From: Caldimicrobium thiodismutans
GTDB taxonomy: Bacteria; Desulfobacterota; Thermodesulfobacteria; Thermodesulfobacteriales; Thermodesulfobacteriaceae
DNA: 32,000 nt
Direction of reading: 5' to 3'
Assembly (NCBI RefSeq): GCF_001548275.1
Contig: NZ_AP014945.1
Location: 990,001 to 1,022,000, forward strand
The position numbers and the translations under genes were made by a program. The notes below the pieces were generated by a model. It was not told the DNA's origin and made no database searches. It worked only from the letters and a program-made list of their open reading frames with translations. Position 1 is the stretch's first letter. Each line of letters opens with the position of its first letter. Shown in pieces: positions 9,473 through 20,600 of the stretch.

Positions 9473-10633
9473 TTAGGGTTTCAGGGTAGCAAGCCTCTTT
9501 ACCGCTTCCCTTAATCGTTCTACTCCCACAGTTAAAGCCACTCTAAAATACCCCTCACCAGATGCCCCAAAGCCATTGCCAGGAGTAACAACAACAGCAA
9601 GCTCCTGTAAAAGCTTCTTACAGAAATCTGACGAGGTATATCCCTGAGGCACCCGCACCCAGAGATAAAATGTAGCTGAGGGTTTTTTGAACTCAAAACC
9701 AAGCTTTTTAAGCTCTTGAGAGAAAACATCTCTTCTTTCCTGAAAGATTCTCCTCAAAGGAGGGACAATCTTTTCAAGATTAGAAAGGGCATAAGCCCCT
9801 GCCTCCTGAAGGGCGGTAAAAACTCCTGAGTCAATATTACTCTTCACCTTGGCCAAGCCTTGCACAAGTTCTCTTTTTCCTACTGCAAAGCCTATTCTCC
9901 AGCCTGTCATACAAAAGGTTTTAGAAAGACTGTGAAATTCAATAGCCACATCTTTGGCACCATCTACCTCAAAGATGCTCAAAGGAGGATCCTCAAAATA
10001 GAGCTCAACATAAGCGGAATCATGGGCTACTATAAAATCATGTTTTTTGGCTAAAGCTATCGTCTCCTTGAAAAAATCCTTAGTTGCAGACGCTCCAGTA
10101 GGATTATTGGGATAATTTAACCAGAGGATCTTAGTGCGTCTCCAGAGATCTTTGGGAATGCGCCCCAAATCTGGCAAAAAATCATTTTCCCAGGTCAGGG
10201 GCATATAATAGGGCTCACCATCCGTAAAGATAGTTCCCAGGTGATAAACAGGATAGGCAGGATCTGGGCACAAGACTATATCTCCAGGATTTACAAAGGC
10301 AAGAGGAAAGTGGGCTATACCCTCTTTGGAACCTATAAGAGCAACCACCTCACTTTCCGGATCAAAGGTTACTCCAAAGCGTCTTTGCATATAATCTGCA
10401 CAGGCTTTGCGAAAAAAAAGACTTCCGGGGTTAGCTGGATATCTATGATACTCAGATTTTTCAAGGGCCCTTTTAGCCACATCCACAATTTCCTGTGGGG
10501 TAGGAATATCAGGATCTCCTATACCAAGGTCAATTACATCTGCCCCCTCTTTTATCTTTTCATTTTTCAGGCGGTCAAGTTCAACAAAAAGATAGGGAGG
10601 AATCTTTTGAAGTCTCTTAGAAAGCTCTGACAT
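9473..10633 (-). CDS. dapL: Class I/II PLP aminotransferase, LL-diaminopimelate aminotransferase-like
   Basis: 386 aa. N-terminus IPPYLFVELDRLKNEKIKEGADVIDLGIGDPDIPTP. PLP-lysine region SLSKTFCMTGWRIG. NYPNNPTG motif. Confidence 0.7.
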   Translation of the reverse strand: MSELSKRLQKIPPYLFVELDRLKNEKIKEGADVIDLGIGDPDIPTPQEIVDVAKRALEKSEYHRYPANPGSLFFRKACADYMQRRFGVTFDPESEVVALIGSKEGIAHFPLAFVNPGDIVLCPDPAYPVYHLGTIFTDGEPYYMPLTWENDFLPDLGRIPKDLWRRTKILWLNYPNNPTGASATKDFFKETIALAKKHDFIVAHDSAYVELYFEDPPLSIFEVDGAKDVAIEFHSLSKTFCMTGWRIGFAVGKRELVQGLAKVKSNIDSGVFTALQEAGAYALSNLEKIVPPLRRIFQERRDVFSQELKKLGFEFKKPSATFYLWVRVPQGYTSSDFCKKLLQELAVVVTPGNGFGASGEGYFRVALTVGVERLREAVKRLATLKP

Positions 10634-10650
10634 CTCTTCCTCCTGAAATT

Positions 10651-11757
10651 TTATCTTTCCCTTTTTCCCTCAATAAATTCAATTACCATCCGGCGAGCCA
10701 TATGATCGGGAAACTGCTTGGGAGGATGTTTCATGGTGTAGGCTGAGATAGATAAAAGAGGCCCTCCAATACCACGCTCACGAGCAAGTTTAGCACATCT
10801 TATGGCATCAATGGCTGATCCAGCAGAATTGGGAGAATCCTCGACCTCAAGTTTTACCTCAACAGACATGGGAACTCCCCCAAAGTGCTCTCCCTCTATA
10901 CGAATATAGGCAATTTTTTTGTCCTTTAACCAGGGAACCCAGTCAGAAGGCCCTATGTGAATGTTTTCCCAGCCAATATCATAGGGGATAAGGCTTGATA
11001 CTGCCTCAGTTTTTGAAATCTTTTTAGTTGCAAGCCTTCCCCTTTCAAGCATGTTTAAAAAATCTGTATTTCCACCAAAATTTAGCTGATAGGTTCTTTT
11101 AATAGGGATACCTCTATCTACAAAGAGCTGAACAAGAGCCCGATGAAGAATTGTTGCCCCGAGCTGACTTTTTATATCATCTCCCACTGCAGGAATACCC
11201 TCCTTTTCAAAACGAGCTCCCCATTCAGGATCAGAGACAATAAAAGTAGGCATAGCGTTGACATAGGCAACCCCTGCCCTTAAACAGGCCTCGGCATAGA
11301 ATCTGGCTGCCTCTTCAGATCCAACGGGAACATAACTTATTAATACTTCAGCTCCGGTCTCCTTAAGGTGTGCCACCACATCCTCAAGCTCATCCTCTTT
11401 TTCCTCTGAAATAACAAAGCTCTTTTCCTCAGGGAAATCTTTCATATGTCCAGCGCATCCGTCAAGAACCTTTCCTTTTCTAACCTTTACTCCTAAGGAG
11501 GGAACCTCTTTATAAAAAATTGTTGTGCAATTGGGAGCACTAAAAATTGCTTCTGCCACATCTTTTCCCACTTTTCGGGCATCAATGTCCCAGGCACAGA
11601 CAACTTCAATATCTGAAGGCCTGTAACCACCCACATCTGGGAACATTAACCCCTTTAACTCCTCAACCCCTTTGTTTTGATAATAATAGATCCCCTGAAT
11701 TAAGGAGCTTGCACAATTGCCAACCCCTACTATAGCGAGTTTCACTTTTTTGGACAT
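10651..11757 (-). CDS. ino1: myo-Inositol-1-phosphate (inositol-3-phosphate) synthase
   Basis: NAD-binding N-terminus KVKLAIVGVGNCASSLIQGIYYY, GDDIKSQLGATILHR, and NFGGNTDFLN typical of prokaryotic IPS. I chose the start at ATG 11757 (SD GGGGGA 8 nt upstream) over the TTG at 11799. Confidence 0.88.
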   Translation of the reverse strand: MSKKVKLAIVGVGNCASSLIQGIYYYQNKGVEELKGLMFPDVGGYRPSDIEVVCAWDIDARKVGKDVAEAIFSAPNCTTIFYKEVPSLGVKVRKGKVLDGCAGHMKDFPEEKSFVISEEKEDELEDVVAHLKETGAEVLISYVPVGSEEAARFYAEACLRAGVAYVNAMPTFIVSDPEWGARFEKEGIPAVGDDIKSQLGATILHRALVQLFVDRGIPIKRTYQLNFGGNTDFLNMLERGRLATKKISKTEAVSSLIPYDIGWENIHIGPSDWVPWLKDKKIAYIRIEGEHFGGVPMSVEVKLEVEDSPNSAGSAIDAIRCAKLARERGIGGPLLSISAYTMKHPPKQFPDHMARRMVIEFIEGKRER

Positions 11758-11820
11758 TTCTTTGTTCCCCCAGAAGGATTTCTCATAAAAATAGCACAAA
11801 TTTTTTCTATTACAACGAAT

Positions 11821-11976
11821 TGTATGCGTCCAGATATTTTAAGATTAAAATCTGCCTCTTCGGGCAGATAAATCTGCTTTACCCTTAAACTATAAAGCCT
11901 CCCCTGTATAAATGCTGTAAATCCTTCCTCTCACCTTTTTTCCACCCTTCCCTTTTCTTGTAAGGCTTATGTATCC
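11821..11976 (-). repeat. Intergenic repeat family, copy 2
   Basis: Left end TGTATGCGTCCAGATATTTTAAGATTAAAATCTGCC and right module CTCTCACCTTTTTTCCACCCTTCCCTTTTCTTGTAAGG are shared with copies 1 and 3. It has an internal hairpin ATCTGCC/GGCAGAT. It lies between the gyrA stop (11980) and the ino1 start. Confidence 0.8.
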
Positions 11977-11979
11977 AAA

Positions 11980-14385
11980 TTAGGCCTGCCTTTTTGAGAG
12001 TTCCAATTTTGCAAGGCCTGTAACTACCTCTCCAGGTAAAAGGCTTATTAATCTAACTCCTTTAGTGCTCCTACCTTGAAGGGGTATCTCTTGAGCTTCA
12101 ATTCTTATAGCCTTTCCAGAGGAGGAAAAAATAAGCAGTTCTTCCTCGCCTTTTAATATATCCCCACAGGTTAAAAGGCCTGTTTTATCGCTTAGGCCAT
12201 GGGCTGTAATTCCTCTCCCTCCTCTTCCCTGAAGCCTAAATTCAGAAAAGGAAGTTCTCTTACCAAAACCCTTTTCCGTAAGGGTGAAAAGGGAAGCCCC
12301 TTCTTCAACCCTAATAAGGGCTATAACTTCATCTTTTTCACTTAGCCTTATACCTGTAACTCCTTCTGCCTGCCTTCCCATAGCTCTTACTTCCCTCTCA
12401 CTGAAATGAAGGGACAATCCCTCCCGGGTCAAAATAATCAGAGTATCCTTCCCTTTAGTTTTAACCCCTCCCACAAGGGAATCTCCCTCTTTGAGATTGA
12501 TAACTGTGCTTCCACTTTTTCTTAAGGCCCTCAATTCCTCAAAGGGAAATTTTTTTACAATCCCTTTTCGAGTTATCAAAAAGAGGAAACCCTCGGTTGT
12601 ATGGGGAAGGATAAAGGCAATCTCCCCCTCCAGGGCTGAGATAAAGTTTTTAAGGTGCGTTCCCCTGGCCTGTCTTGTAGAAAGAGGCACATCCTTTAAC
12701 TCTAAAGGATAAACCTTGCCTTCAGCCGTAAAAACTAAAAGCTCTGCATCGTCCACTACCTGTAAGGCACTTTTCAGTCTTTCTTCTCCAGAAAAGGCTA
12801 TAACTCCCTTTCCACCTCTCTTTTGAGTAGAAAATTGTTCTAAAGAAAGTTTGCGAATGTATCCTTCATCACTTATAACTATAAGCACTTCCTCTCTTGG
12901 TCTTTCCTCCTCTACAATCTCAAGATCTTTTTCCAGGATCCGGGTTTTTCTCTCATCTCCATATTTTTCTCTAATTTCCTTGAGTTCCTCTTCAAGGACT
13001 GTAATTAAGGTAGGCTCATGGGTTAAAATTTTTTCATAATAGGCCATAGCCCTTTTTAGCTCTTCATATTCCAGTAAAATTTTTTCTCGCTCCAAAGCAG
13101 TGAGTCTCTGAAGTCTTAGGTTTAAGATTTCCTGAGCCTGAATATCTGTAAAATTAAAGCGTTTTATTAACCGTTCTTTGGCAGTTTTAGGGGTATCGGA
13201 TTTCTTAATAAGTTCAATAATTTCATCTAAATGCTGGAGAGCCTTTAGGAAGCCCTCCAGGATGTGAGCCCGTTCTTTAGCCTTTCTTAAGTCATACTGG
13301 GTGCGGCGGATAATGATAGTCCTTCGCCAGTTGAGAAAGTGCTGAAGCATATCTTTAAGGGTTAAGACCTCAGGTCTTCCCTGCACTAAGGCCAAAAATA
13401 TTATTCCAAAGGTGGTTTCAAGAGGGGTGTGCTTAAAAAGTTCCATAGCCAAGCTATGGGGGGCTTGAGACCACTCCCTTTTAAGCTCCACAACAACCCT
13501 TATTCCCTCACGATCCGATTCATCTCTTATATCAGCGATACCCTCTATCTTTTTGTCTCTTACAAGCTCGGCAATCCGTTCAACAACCTTGGCCTTATTG
13601 ACCTGATAAGGCAGTTCTGTAAAAACAAGTTTGGCTCTATCTTTTTCCTTTTCCACTCTATATTTGGCCCTAAGTTTGATAATTCCCCTTCCGGTTGTAT
13701 AGGCCTTTTTAATACCCTCTGTTCCAACTATAAAAGCTCCGGTTGGAAAATCCGGGCCCTTCACATACTCCATTAAATCCTCAGGGGTAATCTCAGGATT
13801 TCTCAAAAGGGCGATCAGGGCTGTGGCTACCTCTGAGAGATTGTGCGGAGGAATGTTTGTGGCCATCCCCACCGCAATCCCTGAAGACCCATTTACAAGA
13901 AGGTTGGGGATCTTAGAGGGTAAAACCACCGGTTCTTTCAAGGTATTATCATAGTTCGGGACAAACTCAACGGTTTCCTTTTCAATATCTGCTAAGAGTT
14001 CATGGGCAAGACGGGTAAACCTAACCTCAGTATAGCGCATGGCTGCAGGGGCATCTCCATCAATGGAACCAAAATTCCCCTGTCCATCAATCATGGGATA
14101 CCGCATGGTGAAATCCTGAGCCATTCGGACAATAGCTTCATAAACTGGCATGTCTCCATGGGGATGATATTTACCGATAACCTCTCCCACGATTCTTGCG
14201 CTCTTTTTAAAGGGTTTATTCCAGTCATTGCCTGCTTCATACATGGCATAAAGAATGCGTCTCTGCACAGGTTTTAGCCCATCCCTTACATCAGGAAGGG
14301 CCCTTCCCACAATGACACTCATGGCATAATCAAGATAACTTTCCTTTAGTTCCTCTTCTAAAGGCACAACAATAATCTCACCCAT
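11980..14385 (-). CDS. gyrA: DNA gyrase subunit A
   Basis: About 800 aa. [29 protein letters not shown], the active-site region AAMRYTE, and C-terminal beta-pinwheel repeats. Start at ATG 14385 with AGGAG 9 nt upstream. Confidence 0.97.
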   Translation of the reverse strand: MGEIIVVPLEEELKESYLDYAMSVIVGRALPDVRDGLKPVQRRILYAMYEAGNDWNKPFKKSARIVGEVIGKYHPHGDMPVYEAIVRMAQDFTMRYPMIDGQGNFGSIDGDAPAAMRYTEVRFTRLAHELLADIEKETVEFVPNYDNTLKEPVVLPSKIPNLLVNGSSGIAVGMATNIPPHNLSEVATALIALLRNPEITPEDLMEYVKGPDFPTGAFIVGTEGIKKAYTTGRGIIKLRAKYRVEKEKDRAKLVFTELPYQVNKAKVVERIAELVRDKKIEGIADIRDESDREGIRVVVELKREWSQAPHSLAMELFKHTPLETTFGIIFLALVQGRPEVLTLKDMLQHFLNWRRTIIIRRTQYDLRKAKERAHILEGFLKALQHLDEIIELIKKSDTPKTAKERLIKRFNFTDIQAQEILNLRLQRLTALEREKILLEYEELKRAMAYYEKILTHEPTLITVLEEELKEIREKYGDERKTRILEKDLEIVEEERPREEVLIVISDEGYIRKLSLEQFSTQKRGGKGVIAFSGEERLKSALQVVDDAELLVFTAEGKVYPLELKDVPLSTRQARGTHLKNFISALEGEIAFILPHTTEGFLFLITRKGIVKKFPFEELRALRKSGSTVINLKEGDSLVGGVKTKGKDTLIILTREGLSLHFSEREVRAMGRQAEGVTGIRLSEKDEVIALIRVEEGASLFTLTEKGFGKRTSFSEFRLQGRGGRGITAHGLSDKTGLLTCGDILKGEEELLIFSSSGKAIRIEAQEIPLQGRSTKGVRLISLLPGEVVTGLAKLELSKRQA

Positions 14386-14624
14386 ACTACAGCACTCCTG
14401 CAATTTTTTTTGTTTATAATATAAGCATGTCTCCTTTGCTTAAATTTGTCCCTCAACTCCTAATAAGAAGGTTTTAGCTAAAAGCCCTCGCCACATGGGT
14501 GGATGGAGTAAGGGATAACTTTAATTCTACTCCTATCAAAAATTTAATTGAAGGATTAATAATTCCGAGGTGATTTGCCCTGGCTAACATTTTTACCTTA
14601 CCCTATTTTCTTAGAGTTGACTCC

Positions 14625-15344
14625 TTAAAGGTTTTTCATTCTTTCTAAGCTTTTTTCAATATTTTCTCTCACCTGTGATAGCAAGGTATTTTTATCCTTC
14701 AGGGTTAAATTCTTAACCTCTATGACTGGCCCAATGGAAACCCAAACCTCCCTTTTCTTTAAATTAAACCAGAGACTCCCTTTGGGTAAAATCCTAAAAG
14801 TGCCCCAGATAGAAACTGGACAAACAGGAACACCAGCTTTAATAGGGATCAAAAAACCAGCTGCTTTAAAGGGTAAAAGCTCTCCGGTTTTACTTCTTGT
14901 TCCCTCAGGAAAGACAACCAGAGAGACTCCCTCTTTAAGTCTATCCACACAGGCAAGCAAACTCTTAAGTCCCTCCTTAGGGTCTTCCCTTTCTACAGGC
15001 ACATATCCAAGGGCCTTTATACCCCAGCCAAAAAAGGGGATATCAAAAAGACTCTTTTTAGCCAGGAATCTTATATTATAATCCTTTAAAAGGCTTTCAA
15101 GCACTGGTATATCCAACTGGCTCTGATGATTAGCCATAAAAACATATTTTTTCCCTTTTTCAGGAAATTTCTCAGCTATAACTTTAATTCTAATACCCAG
15201 CACCTTTAAAAGTAGATGACACCAGAGCCAGGCAAAAAAATGCCTCTTTGTCAGGACTGCCAGTAATCCAATAATTGGAACACTTGTTAATACATACAGC
15301 CAGGCAAGGATATTTCTTACAAACTCTGTCAAAGTTGAAAACAT
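14625..15344 (-). CDS. plsC: 1-acyl-sn-glycerol-3-phosphate acyltransferase
   Basis: 239 aa. N-terminal TM segment, HX4D motif NHQSQLD, FPEGTRS motif. Confidence 0.85.
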   Translation of the reverse strand: MFSTLTEFVRNILAWLYVLTSVPIIGLLAVLTKRHFFAWLWCHLLLKVLGIRIKVIAEKFPEKGKKYVFMANHQSQLDIPVLESLLKDYNIRFLAKKSLFDIPFFGWGIKALGYVPVEREDPKEGLKSLLACVDRLKEGVSLVVFPEGTRSKTGELLPFKAAGFLIPIKAGVPVCPVSIWGTFRILPKGSLWFNLKKREVWVSIGPVIEVKNLTLKDKNTLLSQVRENIEKSLERMKNL

Positions 15345-15346
15345 CC

Positions 15347-15994
15347 TTAGGCTAAGAAGTTCCTAAGAAGTCTTACCCCCTCTGGGATCTCATCCCCTTT
15401 AAAATCCCATTCCAGAGGAGGCTTTTTCAGCTTCATCCAGGTCTCAAGGGAGGTTCCAATAGATTCAGGGTGAAACTGAACTCCTTCAAGCACAAAGTTT
15501 TTATGCCTTATACCCATGATCTCTCCATCCTCACTTCTTGCAGAAATCTCAAAATCAGGGGGCAGAGTTTCGGGATCAACAGCTAAGGAATGATACCGCA
15601 TCGCTGAAAAGGGATTGGGAAGCCCTTTGAAAACTCCTTTTTCGTCGTGATAGATCTGTGAGACCTTGCCGTGCATAAGCCTCTTTGCCCGTATAATTCT
15701 TCCCCCAAAGGCCTGAGCCATACACTGGTGCCCCAAACAGACACCAAGAACAGGTATCTTCCCAGCATAATTCTTAATTAATTCAACGGAGATACCTGCC
15801 TCATTGGGAGTACAGGGGCCAGGAGAGATTATAATATGACTCGGACTTAAGGCAGAAACCTCCTGGAGGGTTATCTGATCATTTCGGTAAACCAGAATCT
15901 CCCCACCCCAGAGTTTTTCAACCATAACTCCCACAAGTTGCACCAAATTATAAGTAAAGGAATCGTAATTATCTATAATAAGAACCCTTTTCAT
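15347..15994 (-). CDS. trpG: Anthranilate (or aminodeoxychorismate) synthase glutamine amidotransferase component II
   Basis: 215 aa. [12 protein letters not shown], catalytic [15 protein letters not shown]. It overlaps the trpE stop by 4 nt. Confidence 0.88.
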   Translation of the reverse strand: MKRVLIIDNYDSFTYNLVQLVGVMVEKLWGGEILVYRNDQITLQEVSALSPSHIIISPGPCTPNEAGISVELIKNYAGKIPVLGVCLGHQCMAQAFGGRIIRAKRLMHGKVSQIYHDEKGVFKGLPNPFSAMRYHSLAVDPETLPPDFEISARSEDGEIMGIRHKNFVLEGVQFHPESIGTSLETWMKLKKPPLEWDFKGDEIPEGVRLLRNFLA

Positions 15995-17478
15995 AGAAAA
16001 TATCCCTTTCCAAAGAGCTCAAGGGCCTTTTCCAAGGCCTTGGCTTTATTAATTGTTTCTTCAAACTCGCGCTCTGGCACAGAGTCCGCCACAATACCTG
16101 CTCCTGCCTGTAAGTATAAACGATTTTTTTTCTGGAAAAAGGTTCTTATGGTGATACAGAAATCCATATTTTGGGAAAAACCAAAATAACCCACTGCACC
16201 TGCATAAGGTCCTCTAACCACACCTTCAAGCTCCGAAATAATTTCCATGGCTCTAATCTTTGGTGCTCCAGAGACCGTGCCAGCTGGAAAACAGGCTTTA
16301 AAAGCGGAAAACATATCTTCTTTATCCTTTAAAATTCCACGCACCCCGGAGACAAGGTGCATCACATGGGAATATCTCTCAACAATAAGAAGCTCATAAA
16401 CATCAACTGTGCCATATTTTGAGACTCTTCCAAGATCATTTCTCCCGAGATCAACAAGCATAATATGCTCAGCAAGCTCTTTTTCATCTTTCTTAAGCTC
16501 CTCTTCTAAAGCAAGATCTTCGGCCTCAGTTAACCCTCTTTTCCTTGTCCCGGCAATGGGTCTTGTCTCCACCTTTTTCTCCTCAACTCTTACCAAAATT
16601 TCTGGAGAAGACCCGATTAAGACCTCATCTTGCAGGTGAAGGTAAAACATATAGGGGGAAGGATTAATTTTTCTAAGACCACGATATAGATAAAATGAGG
16701 TATGAGGGTTAAGCAAAAGATCATCCTCTAAGGAAAATCTCTGAGATAAAACAGCCTGAATAATGTCTCCTGCGGAGATAAATTCTTTGGCCCTATTTAC
16801 CATATCCAAAAAGGTCTGTTTTTCAATTTCTGGATATAATTTCAAGGGCTTTTTAAGTTTTGGAAGTTTTATCCTTTTTCTTTGTAAATCCGCTACAACC
16901 TCCTTGAGTTCTTCTTTAGCCTCTTCATAGAGGCTTTCATTACCTCCCTTTTCAACAGATAAAAGAATAACCACAATATAACTATGTTTTAGTCTGTCAT
17001 AGATAAGAAGCTTTTTGGGAAAGATAAAGTTCAGGTCATAAAAATTAAGGATATCTCTACCGCAGGGGACTCTCTTTTCAAAAAAGGAGACCATTTCATA
17101 GCTCACATATCCCACAGCTCCCCCCCAAAATCTCGGTAAACCCTTAATCTGAGGGGTATGAAACTCAGAAAGAAGGCGCTTTAATTCTTCAAGAGGCTCC
17201 TTATGTTCATAAATTTTTTCATAAGTTCCGGATAACCAGATTGTATTCCCTTTACTTTTAAAGGTCAGAAAGGGATCAAACCCTATAAAGCTATAGCGAG
17301 CCCATTTCTCCGGGCCCTCCATACTCTCAAAAAGAAAAAGATATTCTCTTTCGTCAAAAAGTTTGTAAAAAAGGGAAATAGGGGTCTCAAGATCAGCAGG
17401 AATCTCAGTATAAAGGGGAATAAGATTATAGATCTCCGCTAATTTAAAGAATTCTCTTTTCTCTGGATAAATCTTCAC
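15991..17478 (-). CDS. trpE: Anthranilate synthase component I (TrpE/PabB family)
   Basis: 495 aa. LFESMEG...[57 protein letters not shown]. Confidence 0.88.
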   Translation of the reverse strand: MKIYPEKREFFKLAEIYNLIPLYTEIPADLETPISLFYKLFDEREYLFLFESMEGPEKWARYSFIGFDPFLTFKSKGNTIWLSGTYEKIYEHKEPLEELKRLLSEFHTPQIKGLPRFWGGAVGYVSYEMVSFFEKRVPCGRDILNFYDLNFIFPKKLLIYDRLKHSYIVVILLSVEKGGNESLYEEAKEELKEVVADLQRKRIKLPKLKKPLKLYPEIEKQTFLDMVNRAKEFISAGDIIQAVLSQRFSLEDDLLLNPHTSFYLYRGLRKINPSPYMFYLHLQDEVLIGSSPEILVRVEEKKVETRPIAGTRKRGLTEAEDLALEEELKKDEKELAEHIMLVDLGRNDLGRVSKYGTVDVYELLIVERYSHVMHLVSGVRGILKDKEDMFSAFKACFPAGTVSGAPKIRAMEIISELEGVVRGPYAGAVGYFGFSQNMDFCITIRTFFQKKNRLYLQAGAGIVADSVPEREFEETINKAKALEKALELFGKGYFL

Positions 17479-17481
17479 TCT

Positions 17482-18756
17482 TCAGGACTCCTTAAGTATC
17501 TCCAAAAGCTGATTTTCCTCAACAAGCTTCTGCATACCTTTATGCAGGTCTTTCACTAAAATTTTACCCTCTTTTAATTCATTTTCACCCAGAATCAAAG
17601 CAAATTTTACTCCCCTTTTATCCGCTTCTCTAAGCAGGGCCTTAAGGCTCCTTTCCTCAAAGAAGGCATCTATCTTAAATCCTGAATTTCTCAGGGTTTT
17701 AACTATCCCCAGCCCCTTTCTCCTTGCTAAGTCTCCAAGGGGAATAAAGACAGCCTGAGGTTTAATGGCTTCCTCAAGGATAGCAGGCAAGCCCTCTTCC
17801 CCCAGGGCACAAAGAGCCCATCTTTCAAGACCAATGGCAAAACCAGTTGCAGGAAGCTCCGGGCCTCCAAGTTCTTGAATTAAAAAGTCATATCTTCCTC
17901 CAGCACATACTGTATCCTGAGCCCCAAGACCCTCTCCCTTTATCTCAAAAATAGTTCTCACATAATAATCAAGGCCCCTAACTAAATAGGGATTAACAAT
18001 ATAGGAAAGACCGCGCTCTTCCAAAAGACTTTTTAAAATTTCAAAGTGCTCCTTACAACCCTTACAAAGAAACTCAGAAATTGGTCTAAGCTTCCCAACT
18101 ATTTCTTTACATTGCTCTTTTTTACAATCAAGGATCCTGAGAGGATTTCTTAAAAGCCTCTCTTTACAGGTCTCACAAAGTTTTTCTTTTTCCCTCTCCA
18201 GGGCACCTAAAAGGTAATCCCTAAAAGCAGGTCTACATTCAGGACATCCAAGGCTATTAATCTCAAGGTTAAAGGGATCCCTTTTTCCCTCTACCGGGCT
18301 ACGCAAAATTTTAAGAGCCAGTTCAAGGAGCTCAACCTCATAAAAGGGGGTCAGATTTCCCATAAATTCCACATCTATCTGAAAGAACTCTCTGAGTCTT
18401 CCCTTCTGAGGTCTTTCGTGGCGAAACATGGGCCCGATAAAAAAAAACTTTAAGGGCTTAGGCCTCATATAAAGCCCATGCTCAATAACCATTCTGCAAA
18501 TACCAGCTGTAGCTTCTGGCCGAAGAGTAAGGAGCTCCTTATTTCTGTCCTCAAAGGTATAGGTCTCCTTCTGCACAATATCTGTAACCTCTCCAATAGA
18601 ACGCACAAAAAGCTCTGTTTTTTCAAGCACAGGAATTTTTATTTCCTGAAAATTAGCAAGCCTTAGTTCCCTTCGGGCAATCTCTATAAGATGCTGATAC
18701 TTAATGGCTTCCTCAGGAAGCCAGTCTTTAAATCCTCTTACAGATTGAAGTTTCAT
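17482..18756 (-). CDS. hisS: Histidine--tRNA ligase
   Basis: 424 aa. GFKDWLPEE, LRPEATAGICR, FRHERPQKGRLREFFQ, AGGRYD, and a C-terminal anticodon-binding domain. Confidence 0.94.
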   Translation of the reverse strand: MKLQSVRGFKDWLPEEAIKYQHLIEIARRELRLANFQEIKIPVLEKTELFVRSIGEVTDIVQKETYTFEDRNKELLTLRPEATAGICRMVIEHGLYMRPKPLKFFFIGPMFRHERPQKGRLREFFQIDVEFMGNLTPFYEVELLELALKILRSPVEGKRDPFNLEINSLGCPECRPAFRDYLLGALEREKEKLCETCKERLLRNPLRILDCKKEQCKEIVGKLRPISEFLCKGCKEHFEILKSLLEERGLSYIVNPYLVRGLDYYVRTIFEIKGEGLGAQDTVCAGGRYDFLIQELGGPELPATGFAIGLERWALCALGEEGLPAILEEAIKPQAVFIPLGDLARRKGLGIVKTLRNSGFKIDAFFEERSLKALLREADKRGVKFALILGENELKEGKILVKDLHKGMQKLVEENQLLEILKES

Positions 18757-20456
18757 TTAACCGGCTCTCCCCATTTCCTCGGAAAACTGATCCCTCCAAG
18801 GGGGACATAAACTCTTTCATACCCTTCAGACTTAAGAATTCTTGCCACCTCATAGGACCTGCGAGAAGAATTACAGATAAGAATGATGTCTTTGTCTTTG
18901 GGTATCTCCTTTATATGATACCTAATTTTCTGATAGAGTATATGTTTTACATTGGAAAAGTTTTTCACATTGAATTCAGCTTCTTTGGGATGTCTGAGAT
19001 CAATTATAAGAGTATTCTGATCTCCCTCTTGCATGCGCTTTATAACCTCTTCCCAGTGTATGGGTTCAAAAAGACCTTTTAGAATATTATCAGCTACATG
19101 GGCAGTATCATGAATGGGATCAAGGGCAGAGTTAAAGGGAGGTGCATAGGCAAGCTCAAGATTGAGGAGATCTTCAACCAGGGGTTTATAAGGCAGTATG
19201 CTTGATAGGGCATGAATTCTTGCCAGAGTTCCATCTGTAAACGGTCCTATAGCCTGAAAACCAAGCACCCTTGTGGTTAGCTTGTCAAATATTAAGGCAT
19301 AATATGCATACTTGGCATCAGGGAAAAAGTGAGACCTTTCCGTCTGGTTATTCAGGGCATAGCTTGCAGAAAAACCTTCAATTTTAGCCTGAGTCAAAGT
19401 TAGGCCAACTCCTCCCACTGCAAGATCAAAACACTTCATAATAAAGGCTCCCACAGTGCCCTTAAAGGTAGCTGTTCCTCCAGCAATATTTGTTCCAATA
19501 ACTCTTCCCTGGCGATTAGCCAAAGACCCCATAGGCATAACCACCTTTTTTCCAGTAATAAGATGGGTTACCTCGATGCAGTCTCCACCAGCATAAATGT
19601 CAGGATCTGAAGTCTGAAGCCTATCATTAACAACAATTCCTCCAGTAGCTGGAGAAACAAGAAGCCCGGCCTTTTTTGCAAGCTCACTGTTAGGTATGAC
19701 CCCTCCTGCAACAAGAACTAAATCAGCAGGATAGAATTCATTTTCTGTCTGAACACCGATGACTTTTCCATCCTTTCCCATTATCTCTTTAATTCTGGCA
19801 TTGAGAACAAGTTTGACCCCCTTTTCCCTCAAGTGATTTTCAACCATTCTTGCCGTGAAGGCATCAAGGTTTCTGGGTAAGACCTGGGGAAAATATTCAA
19901 GAAGCGTTACAGGAAGCTCCCAGAGATCTGCAAAGGCCTCAGTCATTTCAAGACCAATAAGTCCTGCCCCAATAACAAGGGGCTTTTCAACCTCACCTCT
20001 TGCAATCTTTTCTTTTATCTCAATGGCTTTATGAAGACTTGTAAGGGTATAAACTCCCTGGAGATCAATCCCTGGAATATTTAAAGTCCTCGGAATGGAA
20101 CCAGTTGCAATTATTAACTTATCATAGGGGATTTCTTCAATTTGCCCGGTATTCAGATAACGCACCCTGATTGTTTTTCTCTTGCGGTCTATTTCTTCAA
20201 CCAAAGTTTTTGTAAGAACCTTTAATCCCTTGGCATCACGAAAAAACTTTTCATCTCTTACCACATGATAGGAGGTCTCTCTCAAAGCATTTTCATGGGG
20301 AACATCACCTGAGACAAAATAAGGTATCCCACAGGCCCCGTAGGAGATTAAATCGTCCTTATCAATAAGAATTACTTCAGCCTTGGGATTAAGTCTTTTA
20401 ACCCTGCAAGCAGATTTAGCCCCGCAAGCATTAGCTCCAATAACCACAACTTGCAT
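18753..20456 (-). CDS. CoA-disulfide reductase / NADH-persulfide-reductase-like flavoprotein with C-terminal rhodanese domain
   Basis: FAD motif VVVIGANACG. Redox Cys in SYGACGIPYF (CoADR/Nox position). NAD motif VIGAGLIGLE. GGDCIE. C-terminal rhodanese domain with active-site loop CNSSRRS. Start at ATG 20456 after AGGAGGGGG. Confidence 0.85.
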   Translation of the reverse strand: MQVVVIGANACGAKSACRVKRLNPKAEVILIDKDDLISYGACGIPYFVSGDVPHENALRETSYHVVRDEKFFRDAKGLKVLTKTLVEEIDRKRKTIRVRYLNTGQIEEIPYDKLIIATGSIPRTLNIPGIDLQGVYTLTSLHKAIEIKEKIARGEVEKPLVIGAGLIGLEMTEAFADLWELPVTLLEYFPQVLPRNLDAFTARMVENHLREKGVKLVLNARIKEIMGKDGKVIGVQTENEFYPADLVLVAGGVIPNSELAKKAGLLVSPATGGIVVNDRLQTSDPDIYAGGDCIEVTHLITGKKVVMPMGSLANRQGRVIGTNIAGGTATFKGTVGAFIMKCFDLAVGGVGLTLTQAKIEGFSASYALNNQTERSHFFPDAKYAYYALIFDKLTTRVLGFQAIGPFTDGTLARIHALSSILPYKPLVEDLLNLELAYAPPFNSALDPIHDTAHVADNILKGLFEPIHWEEVIKRMQEGDQNTLIIDLRHPKEAEFNVKNFSNVKHILYQKIRYHIKEIPKDKDIILICNSSRRSYEVARILKSEGYERVYVPLGGISFPRKWGEPVK

Positions 20457-20600
20457 ATTTCCCCCTCCTGACAAACTCTTTAAAGTTTATCACAAATCCC
20501 TGTTTTTCCTACTGACATGATTTGAATAAGGATGTCTTCTTTTTAAGAAAGGAATCCTGAACAATTAAACTCCTTTATATTTTGGAACAACCTTTTGAGG

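Noticed and set aside
14404-14624. 220-bp gap upstream of gyrA, examined for a tRNA, ncRNA, small ORF (38 codons, MLARANHLGIINPS...) or riboswitch
   Set aside because: It has no cloverleaf-compatible sequence, only weak scattered stems, no conserved-looking motif, and a poor SD for the small ORF. It is most simply the gyrA promoter/leader region, and I could not define a convincing -35/-10 pair.
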